From contig MGHI01000026.1 of the NCBI GenBank assembly GCA_001793155.1, positions 271-64,270 of the forward strand: a stretch of DNA of 64,000 bases, in the 5' to 3' direction. Shown here piece after piece: positions 1 to 9,924 of the stretch. The translations under genes were made by a program, and so were the position numbers. Position 1 is the stretch's first letter, and the number at the start of each line of letters is the position of its first letter. Source of the stretch: Candidatus Woesebacteria bacterium RIFCSPLOWO2_01_FULL_39_61. Its GTDB lineage: Bacteria > Patescibacteriota > Microgenomatia > UBA8517. The notes under the pieces are model-generated. The model was not told where the DNA came from, did not search any database, and saw nothing but the letters and a program-made list of their open reading frames with translations.

Positions 1-230
1 CCCAGACTAAAAATGAACCTGCAAAAGACAGATTTGAAGCTAGTGTCAAGGGCCAATTTAAAATAGCCGATAAAAAGGGAATTCCTCAAGCTAAGATAGC
101 TAAAACGGCCGCAATTTCGGCAAAATCTGATTATTTGAAGCGGATTAAGAAAGATATCATGAGAAGTCTTACAATCGCAGCTTTGATAATGGGTGCCGAA
201 CTGGTGCTATACTTAGCCTTGAACGCTTGA
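1..230 (+). CDS. Partial hypothetical protein with C-terminal TM helix (5' truncated by window)
   Basis: Open frame from nt 3 (QTKNEPAKDRF...IMRSLTIAALIMGAELVLYLALNA*) ending TGA at 228-230; not in ORF track. Confidence 0.6.
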   Translation, partial: QTKNEPAKDRFEASVKGQFKIADKKGIPQAKIAKTAAISAKSDYLKRIKKDIMRSLTIAALIMGAELVLYLALNA

Positions 231-426
231 GCTTATTTGAATATAAAGAAATCGTAACTTATGATTATGCCAACTCAAAGATTTGACACGTCAGAAAATA
301 GATTTCTTTCATAATTTGAATGAGTCTGCGATTTCTGTAGCATACATCGCGATCTTTTTAGTTTAATTTTGAAATGCGATGTCTGTAAATAATTTCTGCC
401 CTACTGAGAGGAGGTGAGCCAAATTT

Positions 427-564
427 ATGTACTGTGTAAAATGTCGCGCAAAGAGAGAAGGTAAGAATAAAGAAGATGTAACCATGAAAAACGGAAAGAA
501 AGCCATGAGAGCTATCTGTGAAGTTTGTGGAACCAAGATGTTCAAGATTGTTGGAAACGCTTAA
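427..564 (+). CDS. DUF5679-family small zinc-ribbon protein (45 aa)
   Basis: Hand-translated MYCVKCRAKREGKNKEDVTMKNGKKAMRAICEVCGTKMFKIVGNA; two CxxC motifs; strong RBS GAGGAGGTGA at ~408-417; below ORF-track cutoff. Confidence 0.85.
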   Translation: MYCVKCRAKREGKNKEDVTMKNGKKAMRAICEVCGTKMFKIVGNA

Positions 565-594
565 CTTCTCTTCTTGCAAAGTACAAATCACTCT

Positions 595-626
595 CAAGAG
601 GACCGAGTCAGACTCGGTTTCTCTTG
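595..626. terminator. Stem-loop after zinc-ribbon gene
   Basis: CAAGAG-GACCGAGTC-A-GACTCGGTT-T-CTCTTG inverted repeat. Confidence 0.5.
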
Positions 627-659
627 GTCAAAAATTTTCTTTAGACTATTCACCTCAAT

Positions 660-1271
660 ATGGCTAACTACGATTTTGAAAAAGTATTTTCACTGTTTAG
701 GAGAAAATACAAGTTAGTTCCTCTGGAATTTTTCAAAAAGGACCCCTATAAGACCCTCGTTTCAACAATTCTGTCATCGCGTACTAAAGACGAAGTCACA
801 CTTTTAGCTTCTGAGAGATTATTTAAAAAGGCCACAAATATAAAAAAATTGGAGCAATTGGAGCAACTTGAAATTAGAAAGGCAATATTTCCCGTGGGAT
901 TTTACAAAACCAAAGCTGCTCATTTAAAAAAATTGGCGAAAATGATTAATAATAAATATAAAAGTGAAATTCCAGATTCTTTAGAGGAGTTAATTAAGCT
1001 GCCGGGAGTCGGTAGAAAAACGGCAAATTTAGTTTTAAATCGAGCTTTTGGAAAACCGGCAATAGCCGTTGATACTCATGTTCATAAAATTTCAAATCTT
1101 TTAGGTTGGGTAAAAACAAAAATGCCTGAACAAACTGAAAGGGAACTAGTAAAAATTCTTCCTAAAAAATACTGGCCAGAAATCAATCGTCTTTTTGTAA
1201 GCGTTGGTCGTCGATTTACATCTAGGAAAAAACTTATCGAATTTTTGAAGGAAAATAACCTGATTAAATAG
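660..1271 (+). CDS. nth: Endonuclease III (HhH-GPD DNA glycosylase), lacking the C-terminal 4Fe-4S motif
   Basis: ILSSRTKDE, LPGVGRKTAN (HhH, catalytic K), AIAVDTHV (catalytic D); no cysteines in the protein. Confidence 0.9.
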   Translation: MANYDFEKVFSLFRRKYKLVPLEFFKKDPYKTLVSTILSSRTKDEVTLLASERLFKKATNIKKLEQLEQLEIRKAIFPVGFYKTKAAHLKKLAKMINNKYKSEIPDSLEELIKLPGVGRKTANLVLNRAFGKPAIAVDTHVHKISNLLGWVKTKMPEQTERELVKILPKKYWPEINRLFVSVGRRFTSRKKLIEFLKENNLIK

Positions 1272-1326
1272 ACACCTTCACTTCTAGGTTGAAGTCTGTA
1301 ATATTCACCAAATTATCGACGAAGTT

Positions 1327-1959
1327 TTAAAATGCAGTTATGGCTACGGCGAATGTATTTTGTGCGTAAATACATCCCCAAACATACTCGCCACCGTCAA
1401 GGAGCTTTCTATGACCCAAGGCATTTAACCACAACGAAACCGTTTCTTCGGGAGTCTTACCTCCGACCGCTAAAAACTCGGCGATCGTAGAGTAGTCATC
1501 AAAAATCCACTTTAAATCAGGACGCCTTTCAGGCAGATTACTAAATCCTTCATGATTGTCCAATTTCCCAAGTTCCAGTAGTTCATTCAATCGAATCGAA
1601 GCAACTGTACATAATTCGCTTCTTGTTTTCAGGGGATTTACGCCCAGCTCTACCCGTTTTGCATTAACAGCCTCCCACAGCTCAGGACCTCCCCAACTAA
1701 CATTTAGTTTTGTAGGTTTTGGCGTGAGCGCTTGAGTTGGAAAAACTTCTCTGGTAATCGTTGGGGTTGGATTTAACGATTTTTGATTGACAAGCGAGAG
1801 GAAATATTTTTCTGTATCATTTTGCCCAATATCATAACCGCTTACCAAGCCTAACACATAAACTAAAACTAAAATCAGAACAAAAAACGCACTAAGTATA
1901 ACCAAAAGAAATACTTTTGTTATAGACCTCAAATCTACCGAAAATTTTGGTAGGATCAT
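1327..1959 (-). CDS. Membrane-anchored CAP/SCP domain protein
   Basis: N-terminal TM, PT-rich linker, VNAKRVELG...H..F...AEFLA...WLNALGHRKLL. Confidence 0.8.
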   Translation of the reverse strand: MILPKFSVDLRSITKVFLLVILSAFFVLILVLVYVLGLVSGYDIGQNDTEKYFLSLVNQKSLNPTPTITREVFPTQALTPKPTKLNVSWGGPELWEAVNAKRVELGVNPLKTRSELCTVASIRLNELLELGKLDNHEGFSNLPERRPDLKWIFDDYSTIAEFLAVGGKTPEETVSLWLNALGHRKLLDGGEYVWGCIYAQNTFAVAITAF

Positions 1960-1966
1960 GAAATTT

Positions 1967-2410
1967 TCATTCTTTACTATTAATTAATATCGTTACCGGT
2001 CCGTCAAGCTCGCAATTTATATTCATATACTCCCCAAATTGACCAGTACTAACTTGAGTGCCGGTTTTTTTGAGCTCGTTGATAAAAAGATTATAGATTT
2101 TATTTGCAAATTCAGGTTCAGCTGCTTGTATAAATGACGGTCTATTGCCTCCGGTTGCGTCACCCAAAAGCGTGAATTGAGAAACTACTAAAAATTCCGC
2201 ATTCATCTCGCTGACTGTTAAATTCATTTTTCCTTTTCGGTCAGACATAATTCTTAGCTTAACTAATTTATCAGCCAACTCTAAAGCTACCTTTTCTGTG
2301 TCTTCTTTTCTTATGCCGACTAACACAAAAAGTCCCTTTTTTATCTCTCCTACAAGTTTGCTTCCTACCGAAACCGACGCTTTATTTACCCTTTGTACAA
2401 CGAGTCTCAT
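1967..2410 (-). CDS. dtd: D-aminoacyl-tRNA deacylase
   Basis: MRLVVQRV, VSQFTL, GNRPSF, DGPVTI motifs. Confidence 0.95.
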   Translation of the reverse strand: MRLVVQRVNKASVSVGSKLVGEIKKGLFVLVGIRKEDTEKVALELADKLVKLRIMSDRKGKMNLTVSEMNAEFLVVSQFTLLGDATGGNRPSFIQAAEPEFANKIYNLFINELKKTGTQVSTGQFGEYMNINCELDGPVTILINSKE

Positions 2411-2439
2411 GGGCGAATTGTATCAAATTATCTCTCTTT

Positions 2440-2655
2440 TCACTCATTTTTCTTTTTTTTCTCCATTAGTTCCCAAAAATACTTAATCAAAAAGATCGTC
2501 CAGCCGATTGCGATCAGCAGAAATACCAAATTCACAATCAGTCCCTCAAGTCGTAGATAGGCATAGATTACTCCAATGATAAAGATAAAAAGCAGTCCCG
2601 CAAAAAAAACGAAATACTCTGCGATAAAGCGAAAAAAGGACTTAATCATATTCAC
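2440..2655 (-). CDS. Small two-TM membrane protein
   Basis: Two hydrophobic segments with a basic tail; co-oriented between copA and dtd. Confidence 0.6.
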   Translation of the reverse strand: MNMIKSFFRFIAEYFVFFAGLLFIFIIGVIYAYLRLEGLIVNLVFLLIAIGWTIFLIKYFWELMEKKKKNE

Positions 2656-2697
2656 TTTAAGTGTATCACGTTACATTTCTAATCCGGGGTATCTGGA

Positions 2698-5046
2698 TTA
2701 TATCTTTATTGTTTTCAGGCGAAGAGAATTTCCGACAACAGAAATTGAGCTGGCTGCCATAGCGAAAGCGGCAAGAGCCGGATTAAGAAGTAGTCCAAAA
2801 AATGGGTATAAAATTCCCATCGCAACTGGTATAAGGATAACATTGTAACCAAAAGCCCAAAAAAGATTTTGTTTTATTACCGAGAGTGTTTTTTTGCTGA
2901 GATTAATTGCAGTATTCACCATCCTTAGGTCCTTATTCAAAAGAGTAATTCCGGCTGATTCCATTGCTACATCCGTTCCAGTAGCCATGGCAATACCTAC
3001 ATCCGCACTTGCCAATGCGGGGGCATCATTAATGCCGTCACCGACAAAAGCTACGAAACTGCCCGGTCTTTTTTTGAACCCTCTAACTTTCTCGGCTTTA
3101 TCCGCCGGCAATACTTCCGCCAAAATATTTTTTATACTAGCCTCATTTGCAATCGCTTTTGCCGTCGTTTCATTATCGCCAGTTATCATCCAAACTTCGA
3201 TTCCTTTTCTCCTAAGATCCGAAACCATTTCTGCGACACCTGATTTGAGCGTGTCCGCAATTGCTATAACTCCTACATGTATCCCGTCTACGGAAACATA
3301 AGCCAAGGTTTTTCCATCTTCGGTCCAACTCTTGGTCTTTTCTTCCAAATTTTTATTTATATTTATCTTGTTACTATCCAAGAGTTTTTTATTTCCTACG
3401 ATAACCTTCTTATCCAGAACTATTCCTTCTACCCCAAATCCCTCTATTGCCTTAAAGTTTTTAACCGACATCATATACCGTTGTGTTTCACCCGTGTCAA
3501 ATTTGCCAACTATGGCTTTAGAAAGTGGGTGTTCAGAGTGATACTCCACGCTGGTCAGCAAACCCTTTATTTCTTCATCCTTTAGATATTTCTTATCTGA
3601 GCTGTCAAATTTATAATCTGTAACTAACGGCTCTCCTTGAGTTAGGGTACCGGTTTTATCAAAAATAACCGTTTTTACTTTATGAGCCGTCTCAAGAGCT
3701 TCTGCGTCTTTGATTAAGATTCCCTTTTCTGCACCTCTGCCAGTACCAACCATAATTGCGGTTGGGGTTGCAAGCCCGAGTGCGCAGGGACAAGCAATAA
3801 TAAGAACCGCAATCATATTCGTAAACGCCTGAGAAAAAGTTCCCAGGTCATACCAAACTACAAAGGTTGTTACCGCAAGCATCAAAATAATAGGCACAAA
3901 ATATGAAGAAATTACGTCAGCCAGCCGTTGAATTGGTGCACGCGAAGATTGCGCTTCGGAAACCATTTTTACAATTTGGGAAAGCATGGTATTTTTACCG
4001 ACCTTCGTTGCCCGAAATATAAATGACCCGTTTTTATTAATGGTTGCTCCGATTACATTGTCTCCAACTTTTTTATCCACCGGGATTGATTCGCCGGTTA
4101 CCATCGATTCATCTATCGAACTTGACCCTTCGATAATTTCACCGTCAACCGGAATTTTTTCTCCCGGTCGGACTCTAATTTTGTCACCATCGATAACTTC
4201 TTCGATCGGGATATCAATTTCCTTTCCATCCCTAAAAACCCGGGCTGTCTTGGCCTGTAAACCTAAGAGTTTTTTAATAGCATCGGACGTATGGGCCTTT
4301 GCTTTTGCTTCCAGGTATCTACCCAAAAGAATAAGGGTGATAATAATGGAAGCCGTGTCGTAATACATAACCCTGGGAAAACCCAGGTTTTCAAGATTAC
4401 TTCCAAAAAGTGTCACTAATAGTGAAAATCCATAAGCAGCAGATGTTCCAAAGGCAATTAAGGTATCCATACTTGCAGTTCTATTCCGAAGACCCGACCA
4501 AGTCGCCTGATAAAATCCTTTACCCGCCCAAAATTGAACCGGGCTGGAGAGAATAAGTAAGACAAACGGGTTAGTTAAGAATCGGGGTATAAATGTAAAC
4601 CACTCCGGAAAACTTCCAAGAAAAATAAATGCGGAAAGAATAGATGAAACTATTACCTTAATTTTTAAATCTGCCAATTCTTTTTTCTTTTCAGTTTGTT
4701 TAACCTCGTCAGCCGTTTTTTGTTTATCTTCATCTACAAATACTGCCTTATAACCGGCTTTTTCTACGGCTTCTGCCAGATCTTTATCTTTAACTTTGGG
4801 ATCACATTCTACACTCGCCTCTTCACTAGCATAGTTGACAGAGGACGAAATTACTCCAGGAGTTTTTTGTAAACTCCTTTCAATTAACCGTGCGCATGAA
4901 GCACAGTGCATTCCGATGACGGGGAATGACTTCTTAACAAATTTTGAGTTATTCAAACTCGCCTTAGGCGAGGAGTGAACAAACTCGCTCGAAGGGTCGA
5001 TTCGCAGTTTACTGCGAATTGGTTTATTCAACGATGATTTTTCCAT
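2698..5046 (-). CDS. copA: Cu(I)-translocating P1B-type ATPase
   Basis: GMHCASC HMA motif, [26 protein letters not shown] and MAASS motifs. Confidence 0.97.
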   Translation of the reverse strand: MEKSSLNKPIRSKLRIDPSSEFVHSSPKASLNNSKFVKKSFPVIGMHCASCARLIERSLQKTPGVISSSVNYASEEASVECDPKVKDKDLAEAVEKAGYKAVFVDEDKQKTADEVKQTEKKKELADLKIKVIVSSILSAFIFLGSFPEWFTFIPRFLTNPFVLLILSSPVQFWAGKGFYQATWSGLRNRTASMDTLIAFGTSAAYGFSLLVTLFGSNLENLGFPRVMYYDTASIIITLILLGRYLEAKAKAHTSDAIKKLLGLQAKTARVFRDGKEIDIPIEEVIDGDKIRVRPGEKIPVDGEIIEGSSSIDESMVTGESIPVDKKVGDNVIGATINKNGSFIFRATKVGKNTMLSQIVKMVSEAQSSRAPIQRLADVISSYFVPIILMLAVTTFVVWYDLGTFSQAFTNMIAVLIIACPCALGLATPTAIMVGTGRGAEKGILIKDAEALETAHKVKTVIFDKTGTLTQGEPLVTDYKFDSSDKKYLKDEEIKGLLTSVEYHSEHPLSKAIVGKFDTGETQRYMMSVKNFKAIEGFGVEGIVLDKKVIVGNKKLLDSNKININKNLEEKTKSWTEDGKTLAYVSVDGIHVGVIAIADTLKSGVAEMVSDLRRKGIEVWMITGDNETTAKAIANEASIKNILAEVLPADKAEKVRGFKKRPGSFVAFVGDGINDAPALASADVGIAMATGTDVAMESAGITLLNKDLRMVNTAINLSKKTLSVIKQNLFWAFGYNVILIPVAMGILYPFFGLLLNPALAAFAMAASSISVVGNSLRLKTIKI
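4949..5031 (-). mobile_element. Family-2 two-hairpin palindromic element inserted in frame in the copA 5' end
   Basis: TTGAATAA direct repeats 75 bp apart; internal hairpins ATTCGCAG/CTGCGAAT and CTCGCC/GGCGAG; AGTTTGTTCACT core shared with 51119-51227. Confidence 0.65.
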
Positions 5047-5383
5047 GATACATATTCATACCGCAATGAAAGCCGACTTCTCCAACCTTCTGTGGTGTTA
5101 TCTCAATATCGACTTGTTCATTCAAGGGCAAATACTTTTTAATCTTAAATTCGGGTAAAATTATTTCTTCTAAACAGGTATTTGGGTCTTTACGTGTAAT
5201 CTTAAGAGTGGTTTTTATTCCTTTTTTTAATCGAATTGCAGCCGGTTTATACCCTCCATCTACAATAATATTTATCTCGCTCGAAGCCCTTACCACCTCT
5301 TCTTTCTTTCCAAAGAAAAACCAGTAGATTAGACCTACCAGTCCGACGCCCAATGTTGTTACAAGTAGCTTATTTAATTCCAT
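5024..5383 (-). CDS. Membrane-anchored cupredoxin (CupA-like copper chaperone)
   Basis: N-terminal [24 protein letters not shown]; overlaps copA start. Confidence 0.85.
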   Translation of the reverse strand: MELNKLLVTTLGVGLVGLIYWFFFGKKEEVVRASSEINIIVDGGYKPAAIRLKKGIKTTLKITRKDPNTCLEEIILPEFKIKKYLPLNEQVDIEITPQKVGEVGFHCGMNMYHGKIIVE

Positions 5384-5386
5384 GGA

Positions 5387-5605
5387 TTATTTTTCCTTGT
5401 TGCCTTTTAGCCAAAAATACCTGATAAGTGCAACGAGTAGCATCACAATTAGTATCCAAGTGATAAACCGCATCAGGCCCAAAAACGGCCAATACGAGCT
5501 TACATTTTGGTAATACTTTTGCATCATTTGTCTCATTGATTCGGGCATAGAATCCCAATTTCCGTAATAACCACCGTCAAATATATGACCCATCATACAT
5601 ATCAC
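5387..5605 (-). CDS. Small Met-rich membrane protein
   Basis: Met-rich N-terminus, single C-terminal TM, coupled within the Cu operon. Confidence 0.6.
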   Translation of the reverse strand: MICMMGHIFDGGYYGNWDSMPESMRQMMQKYYQNVSSYWPFLGLMRFITWILIVMLLVALIRYFWLKGNKEK

Positions 5606-5871
5606 CTCCCTGTCTTATTCATCTTATTGTATAGAAAGGCAAATAAATATCCCACCAGCCAGCTCCCGGCAACGGTAGTTATAAGTCCGAGTGTAAAATT
5701 GCCTCTGGCAGCTCCTGTCCAAATTTTCCCCAAATCCATTCCGTGAAACCAACTAATGGCAACTGTTTTTGAAACTTCCGGGAAAATCCCGATCAGAATC
5801 GCGCAGGTGAAATAAACCACTCCCATTGTCAAGGCCAAAGAATTTGCCAGAACACTTTCTCTTATTTTCAT
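5602..5871 (-). CDS. DUF5676-like small membrane protein
   Basis: C..L...FP, WFHGMD, G..FA.LYN; start reassigned to ATG 5871 behind RBS AGGAGGGGGTGA (ORF-track start lies inside a repeat). Confidence 0.7.
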   Translation of the reverse strand: MKIRESVLANSLALTMGVVYFTCAILIGIFPEVSKTVAISWFHGMDLGKIWTGAARGNFTLGLITTVAGSWLVGYLFAFLYNKMNKTGR

Positions 5872-5893
5872 TATTCTCACCCCCTCCTTTTTT

Positions 5894-6007
5894 ATGACAT
5901 TCTCCCCGCTACTTATGTGCGGGGTTTCTCTTCCAAAAGAGAATGACATATCAGAGTTCGATTCATCTCTGGGTCAATTGCCCAGAGTTTTCTCGAGATC
6001 TGCTATA
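5894..6007 (-). mobile_element. Family-1 IS200/IS605-like non-autonomous palindromic element, copy A
   Basis: TTATA...hairpin CTCTGGG/CCCAGAG-ATGAAT...TATGTCATTCTC...hairpin CCCCGC/GCGGGG-AGAATGTCAT; homologous to 13855-13967 and 33401-33509. Confidence 0.7.
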
Positions 6008-6142
6008 AAATCTTAAAGATCTAAAACGACTATTAATTTTACAATTTCAGAGAAATCTGCTGTCCTTTGAAAAAGGAATTTACATCTGATTTATTTTTTC
6101 TTTGTCTACCTTTCTTTTGGGAAAAGAAAGGTAGAGTTAAGG

Positions 6143-7390
6143 TTATGCTCCGCAACTCCCTCCGCTCTTACCTCCATATGGTAATGGGCCGACTTTCTGA
6201 TTTAATTTTGCGGCGCCCTGACCTGAAGAATACTCCGAGCTTAAGACCAGTTTTGCATCGACTTTATCCCAGTTTATTCCCTGTCGGGCAAAGTATGTTG
6301 CGATTGTTAAATAATTTTGGGGAAACCAAAAAGAGTTCAACTTCAATACATTTTTGTAAATTTCCTCATCTGATATTCCCTTAGAAACCATTAACTCGAT
6401 TGCGGCGAGGGCTGCCATGCCGTGATTACAATCGGGAAAGGCAGTGTGATTTCCACAACATGGTCTATAAACATTTTCCGCTATTTCCATAACTTTCTTC
6501 TGCTGCTCCGAGGTAAGGGAAACGATATCGTGCTTATTGTAATGGTCCATCGCATTCCCGCGCGCCAGAGTCCAACCCCCTGTCGATGCAAAATTTCCGA
6601 CTTTTGCTTTATTCTCCTTGCCCATCGGTCCAATCTCGTAAACTAAACTTTTCTGCGCAAGCCCCAAGGCCCATAAAAGGTCGACGACGAATTGACCATT
6701 CTTACTATTTATACTGATCATTTGATCGCTATTACCGGCAAAGACTTGTTTTTCGGAATCTCCCATTGCAACAGCTTTCTCAAATTTCAGTTTATCAATT
6801 GCACCTAACTCAACTAATTTCGGAGCTATATCTCCCCAAGAGATCGGAAGCTCAAATCCTTCTTGCGGTAAAACCGTCTCGGGTAGCTTTGTTAAATCCA
6901 AAAGTGCATAGTTTTGTATTGTCCACTCATCCATACCGCCCTCGAGGTGGCGTATATTTTTATAGCCCGTACTCTTCAATGTCGCCAGAGCCTCAGCGCT
7001 CATTCTTCCTGTTTTACAATAAAGAATAATGGGTGTTTCCTTATCTTTTGGAAGCTTATCGCTGTTGGCAACCATTAAGTCGTAGTCAATGAATAAATCG
7101 GTCTTTTCAATCTCCCCTTCGTAAGGGGTGTGAACATTAATTAAAATCGGATTTGCCCCCTGGCTTGTCTTTGCATCAAGTTCACTTTTAAGATCTTTGG
7201 CTGATATTTCTTCTTCTTTTGAAACTCTCACTGATTTCACCTCTGTCCAGGGGAAACTCAACTCCCCTGCGTTTTTCCCCAACCAAAAGCCGATAGAAAG
7301 AAGCATCAGAAAAATCCCGAGTGTAAAGATCTCTCTATTTTTCTTGACAAATTTTTTGTAAGTTTTAATTCTAACTTTTGATAAAACCAT
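6143..7390 (-). CDS. Membrane-anchored rhodanese-domain protein fused to a Cys/His-motif domain (PCC..PDCNHG)
   Basis: INVH..YE, ILYCKTGRMS, HLEGGMDEW; C-terminal YRPCCGNHTAFPDCNHGMA and terminal GGSCGA. Confidence 0.8.
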   Translation of the reverse strand: MVLSKVRIKTYKKFVKKNREIFTLGIFLMLLSIGFWLGKNAGELSFPWTEVKSVRVSKEEEISAKDLKSELDAKTSQGANPILINVHTPYEGEIEKTDLFIDYDLMVANSDKLPKDKETPIILYCKTGRMSAEALATLKSTGYKNIRHLEGGMDEWTIQNYALLDLTKLPETVLPQEGFELPISWGDIAPKLVELGAIDKLKFEKAVAMGDSEKQVFAGNSDQMISINSKNGQFVVDLLWALGLAQKSLVYEIGPMGKENKAKVGNFASTGGWTLARGNAMDHYNKHDIVSLTSEQQKKVMEIAENVYRPCCGNHTAFPDCNHGMAALAAIELMVSKGISDEEIYKNVLKLNSFWFPQNYLTIATYFARQGINWDKVDAKLVLSSEYSSGQGAAKLNQKVGPLPYGGKSGGSCGA

Positions 7391-7414
7391 AGGTTTATCC
7401 CAAATCTTTAAAAT

Positions 7415-7981
7415 TTAAATATAATAATTTATGAGAATATATACTCCGATACTTGCTAGAGTTACAGATCCCAAACTAAATGCCATAGACTGGTAGGGGA
7501 AAAGAGATTTACCGTTTTTTCTTTTTATAAATATGTTTCCGATGTCCACCAAATAAAAAACCGCAGACCCCAAAATCATCCCAAAGGTTAGCTTATCCAA
7601 GCCAAAGATATTATCCATTCTTATTATTAAATTAAATCGATAGAAAGACCAAAGTGTTACAACAAAAATAGTTAGGTATATAAAAAATCCGACGAAACGG
7701 TTAAAGAAAATCTTATTTTTTTGTCCTAAGTATCTTAATAGCCAAAACGCGCTTGCTCCCAAAAGCGCTCCAATCCAAATTCCGGTGATGGAATCGTCCA
7801 CTCCGACCCAACGAGTCAAAGTTATCCCCGCCGCGGCTCCCGCAACACAGAGTGGACAGTGTGCTTGGATTACCCTGGGAAATCCAAAAAATATAACATT
7901 TATAACGATTATAAAAGTTATGACGCAACTTAAAGTTGCGACATATCGAACTTTGTTCGCTATAATAATTGTCTTTCTCAT
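7415..7981 (-). CDS. Membrane protein with HCPLC motif
   Basis: AHCPLC..GVDD.ITG.WIGA; about five TM segments. Confidence 0.75.
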   Translation of the reverse strand: MRKTIIIANKVRYVATLSCVITFIIVINVIFFGFPRVIQAHCPLCVAGAAAGITLTRWVGVDDSITGIWIGALLGASAFWLLRYLGQKNKIFFNRFVGFFIYLTIFVVTLWSFYRFNLIIRMDNIFGLDKLTFGMILGSAVFYLVDIGNIFIKRKNGKSLFPYQSMAFSLGSVTLASIGVYILINYYI

Positions 7982-8487
7982 TTAACAACCACACCATTAA
8001 ATTTAAGCTCTTTTATCCCTGCTGGATCACTAAATGTTAAAAAAACTGATCTGTCAACAGGACCTGCTCCCTGTGGACCATGTGCTGCAGGATCAAAACG
8101 AACAATAGTCTTCCCTGTTGCCCCGGCGCCGATTTCAACATTTACAGAGGGGTTTTTATCACCGTGTCCCTCCATTCCGAAAAATTTAGTAGCCTCGCCT
8201 CCAATTTCAAATGAAGCTTTTGTACACATACAAGAGGTGGTAATTTTCTTTATTATCAACGTCTTATCGGTAGTATTTTTTATCTCGTATTCTTTGGTTA
8301 CAAGACCTCCGTTTATAGGTACATTTCCCAAGTCATAATTACCCGGATTGACCTCGATCCCTACCGCGTCTCCCAGGATTTGAGAATCTTGGGAGCTTTC
8401 AACTTGAGTGTTATCTTTCCCTTGCAAAAAAATAAAACCAAAAATAAGCAATATCGTTACTCCGATAGTAATAATTAAAGGTTTCAT
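7978..8487 (-). CDS. DUF1573 Ig-like membrane-anchored protein
   Basis: YDLGNV, ITTSCMCT, FDPAAHGP. Confidence 0.8.
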   Translation of the reverse strand: MKPLIITIGVTILLIFGFIFLQGKDNTQVESSQDSQILGDAVGIEVNPGNYDLGNVPINGGLVTKEYEIKNTTDKTLIIKKITTSCMCTKASFEIGGEATKFFGMEGHGDKNPSVNVEIGAGATGKTIVRFDPAAHGPQGAGPVDRSVFLTFSDPAGIKELKFNGVVVK

Positions 8488-8490
8488 GGT

Positions 8491-8781
8491 TTAACTTTCC
8501 GATTTGTTAAAAACATCCAGTATTTCATTTACTAACCTATTGTTTTTACCCCCATCTTTTTTAATTTCAGCCAAGACACAACCCCGCAGATGACCATCAA
8601 GTACCAACTCGTCAACTTTCTTTAATGCCGACTGGACTGCTTGGGATTGATGTATAACATCAATGCAATACTTATCATCAGCGACCATCTCGATTATTTT
8701 CTCCAGGTGACCTTTTGCAATCACAAGTCGGTGAAGAATTTTATTTTTAGTTGGTTCCTTCGTATATAAACGTGTGTTCAT
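8491..8781 (-). CDS. csoR: CsoR/RcnR-family metal-sensing repressor
   Basis: RL..AKGHL...YCIDVIHQ...HLRGCV (C-H-C ligand set). Confidence 0.92.
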   Translation of the reverse strand: MNTRLYTKEPTKNKILHRLVIAKGHLEKIIEMVADDKYCIDVIHQSQAVQSALKKVDELVLDGHLRGCVLAEIKKDGGKNNRLVNEILDVFNKSES

Positions 8782-8788
8782 AATTTTC

Positions 8789-8812
8789 TACATCCCCCGT
8801 GGGGGGATATGA
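8789..8812. promoter_or_regulatory. Probable CsoR operator
   Basis: TACATCCCCCGTGGGGGGATATGA, a C-tract/G-tract inverted repeat between divergent Cu operons, as known for CsoR/RcnR operators. Confidence 0.75.
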
Positions 8813-8894
8813 CTATCATACAACTTTTATTCCGGCTGTCAATCTCCTATATCGTCTTTAATAAAAAATCTACTTTTTATTCTAAAAATTTGGT

Positions 8895-9923
8895 ATGCTA
8901 TACCAATCATTAAGAGGTAAATTAAACATGAATCAAGTTTGGTTGGCATTTATAACGGGTTTAACCACAGGTGGAGTTTCCTGCTTTGCAATTCAGGGGG
9001 GATTGCTTGCATCAAGTCTTTCGAATCAGCAAAAAGATAACCAAAAAAACGCGGTTATTGTTTTTCTTTCCTCGAAACTTGTAGCTTACTCAATCCTGGG
9101 AATAATTTTAGGAGCTTTAGGTTCCACTCTGGTTATTTCTCCCAAAATTCAGGGTCTCATGCAAATCTTTGCTGGTCTTTTTATGCTGGCTACAGTAGGA
9201 AAACTCCTTAATATTCATCCCTTATTCAGATACTTCACATTAACCCCACCTAAGGCGATTTTCAGAATTGTTCGTTCAAAAAGCTTGGATTCGGGCTTGT
9301 TTTCGTCTTCAACCCTGGGATTTTTAACCGTGCTTATACCCTGCGGGGTCACACAAGCAATGATACTTCTTTCTGTTGCTTCCGGAAGTGCGCTATACGG
9401 TGGATTAATTCTGGCGGCATTTGTAATAGGAACATCACCGGTATTTTTTGCGCTCGGAATCGCCTCGGGGGAAATATTAAAAAGAAATTCACTTAAATAT
9501 CTTGCCGCTTTAGCTATTTTTATTCTCGGAGTAATTTCGATTAATACCGGCCAAATACTTCGGGGCTCCGTTCACACCCTACAAAATTACTACGCCGCAG
9601 CAACCGGAAATTTGTATTCAAAAAATTCCAAACTCGTGGCAGGGGTATCTGCATCCGGGAAGCAAGAGGTCGAAATTAAGGTTACAAGCGGGGGTTATCA
9701 GTCAAATATTCAAACCTTAAAAGCGGGAGTACCTGTTTCTCTTACCCTCGTTTCCCAGAATGTAAGCAGCTGTGCCCGCTCATTCACGATTCCGGAATAT
9801 AATATCTCAAAAGTTCTACCCCAAACCGGAGTTTCAACGGTCGAATTCACACCAACGAAAAGAGGCAGACTAACCTATACCTGCAGTATGGGGATGTATA
9901 CGGGATATTTTGAGGTAATTTGA
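8895..9923 (+). CDS. TauE/SafE (DsbD_2-like) membrane protein fused to a C-terminal cupredoxin
   Basis: GGVSCFAIQGG, LIPCGVTQA, C-terminal YTCSMGMYTG; likely start MNQV at 8928. Confidence 0.85.
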   Translation: MLYQSLRGKLNMNQVWLAFITGLTTGGVSCFAIQGGLLASSLSNQQKDNQKNAVIVFLSSKLVAYSILGIILGALGSTLVISPKIQGLMQIFAGLFMLATVGKLLNIHPLFRYFTLTPPKAIFRIVRSKSLDSGLFSSSTLGFLTVLIPCGVTQAMILLSVASGSALYGGLILAAFVIGTSPVFFALGIASGEILKRNSLKYLAALAIFILGVISINTGQILRGSVHTLQNYYAAATGNLYSKNSKLVAGVSASGKQEVEIKVTSGGYQSNIQTLKAGVPVSLTLVSQNVSSCARSFTIPEYNISKVLPQTGVSTVEFTPTKRGRLTYTCSMGMYTGYFEVI

Positions 9924-9924
9924 T

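Noticed and set aside
358-597. Minus-strand ORFs of 79 and 60 aa
   Set aside because: Antisense to the better-supported 427-564 zinc-ribbon gene
5894-6007. Known metal riboswitch (NiCo, yybP-ykoY, M-box) upstream of Cu genes
   Set aside because: No consensus match; homologous copies lie before unrelated genes and resemble IS605 ends
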